This document shows, piece by piece, positions 62,488-64,000 of a stretch of 64,000 bases of DNA. Position 1 is the first letter of the stretch. Each line of letters begins with the position of its first letter. The stretch lies in NCBI GenBank assembly GCA_030141605.1, contig JAQGDQ010000054.1:434001-498000 (forward strand). The letters are read 5' to 3'. Below the pieces are notes generated by a model. It had not been told where the DNA came from. It saw nothing but the letters and a program-made list of their open reading frames with translations, and did no database searches. The translations under genes and the position numbers were made by a program. The stretch is from Tubiluchus corallicola (Eukaryota > Animalia > Priapulida).

Positions 62488-64000
62488 TTAAATTCAAAAC
62501 TTTTTTTGTTCAATGAATTGTTTTAGGCAGCAATATACATCCAGTTTAAAAAAATGTTGAATAGCATTAACAACAGCATTAGCAATATACAGTACGCTAC
62601 CTTCATTAATATCATAGACTGTTCCATGTTGCGCTGTGTTTTGTTCAATGCAGCAGCAATATCATGAACTTTATTAACTTTATCTGCATACTTGGCATAC
62701 TTCTTCTGCCTATCAGTCAACATGTTGGTGAGAGCTGTTATGGCAAAATCAACCTAAAACAAAACCTAAATAATTTAAAAATTATTACGCAACATGACAT
62801 CAATAAAAGAGGTAATACTACATGAGCAAATACATAACTCAATGATGTTTTTCTAGTTGTCCACATATAAATTTTATTGGGTAAAAGTACTTTGCTACTT
62901 ATTTATATTTGTGAACCAACAAGCAACCAGAAATTTAGTATGTGATCATTTGTTGGTTTTCTAATACAAAAATTGTCAAGAAACGAGGTGGTTTTCTGTG
63001 AAAAGGACATAAAATTAAACTTTTAGAAATTCCCATGGAAAACAGGTTTCAGAAAATTAGCGAAACCTGTCAAAAGCCTATTGGTAGACTAGTCTTAAAT
63101 TACACAGCTAAAGAGATAATTTTAAATACTAAATGTGGGCGTATACTGTATAAGAAACAAAAAATTTATAGCAAAAAGCTAATGCTCTGTATAGAGCCTT
63201 ATATGTTTTCATCTCGAAAAACGGCCATGCCTCCTAATATCCACAGGGCAGCAATACTCCTGGTTTTTATGGAGGTTTCTGCTAACACTGTTTTTTGTTG
63301 AATACAATTCTGGCCAATTATGGCGATTAGACGATGTCTGCTATAGCCTAATCATATTACCCGGCTTATATCTGTCATAATAATAGGATCTGGCTTGAAG
63401 TGCGGGATCTTTGACAGCTATTATAGGCCACAGTTTTCAATGTAGGGGCCTGAAACTTTGCATCAAGATACTACGGACATTTGTGCAGACCGATTTTTAG
63501 CTTGCCCTATATAGTCCTGAAACGTGCCCGAAAATGTATCTGCCCATACATTGTTATATTGTTTTGGTTTCTTTTATTCTAATGCTTAAAGTGATCTGTT
63601 CCAACAAAGCACACTCTTAAATTTTTATAAAAAGAATGGACAAATTTTTATGAAAAGAACTTACTCCACAATAACCATGAATGCTGCCCACGATTTTCTT
63701 ATGAGAACCACTAACTTTATAATATGCGGCAGATCCAAGCTCATTAGTACTTCCATTCTAGCTGTTAACCCTTTTTTCTCAGAATTTTGTGTTCTTTTCT
63801 GTTTGGCCACATATGAATGCTTCAAATACCAATGTCATCTCTCATAGAGTGCTGAAAAAGTTGCACTGTAGTACATTAGATTATGTAAATAAAAACACGT
63901 TGTACATACATCACGTATCCGATTAGAAATAATGTTCTGATCTGCTTGCACAACGTCAGCACACTTCTTTAGGTGTTCTTGATATCGCATACATAGTAGG
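61336..64000 (-). CDS. BORCS5: BLOC-1-related complex subunit 5 (myrlysin/LOH12CR1), 3' part; gene starts beyond the window end
   Basis: Exons 64000-63910 (truncated by the window edge; LLCMRYQEHLKKCADVVQADQNIISNRIRD), 62753-62601 (VDFAITALTNMLTDRQKKYAKYADKVNKV...), 61461-61336 (ELNSILPAEERLEPF...stop). Confidence 0.92.
61545..62273. repeat. Two diverged direct repeats of about 140 bp (61545-61682 and 62131-62273) in the last BORCS5 intron
   Basis: TCAAGTCCTG..TGTTTACTGATTCTACCAAGT...GCAGTAAAT...ATGCAGACAC...CACAGATATCTAAATAAATTC occurs twice. Confidence 0.85.
62436..62484. repeat. (GT)n microsatellite
   Basis: Direct reading. Confidence 0.95.

Overview
AT-rich genomic DNA from a metazoan, probably a non-vertebrate bilaterian; the species cannot be determined from the sequence. 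Five spliced protein-coding genes were reconstructed by hand from GT-AG sites and reading phase: CLUAP1/IFT38 (minus strand, first 7 coding exons, continues off the left edge), ATF7IP/MCAF1/windei (plus, 12 coding exons, about 1045 aa), GAMT (minus, 4 coding exons, 230 aa), ANKRD54 (plus, 7 coding exons, head-to-head with GAMT) and BORCS5 (minus, last 3 exons). The most striking element is a complete but mutated 7.65 kb Ty3/Gypsy LTR retrotransposon (32483-40136), antisense in an ATF7IP intron. It has the unusual Gmr1-like pol order PR-IN-RT-RH, a SCAN-like capsid, 1.28 kb LTRs, a tRNA-Leu PBS and a GTCTG target-site duplication, and it splits an older MITE. Also present are a decayed pogo/Tigger DNA transposon, several MITEs (one carrying RFX X-boxes in its inverted repeats), a tRNA-like SINE head, a roughly 54-bp hairpin-unit tandem array in a GAMT intron, a perfect 28-bp-stem palindrome and several local duplications. 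Most short ORFs in the supplied track are spurious or exon fragments. No wholly new system could be demonstrated; candidates are flagged with tests.
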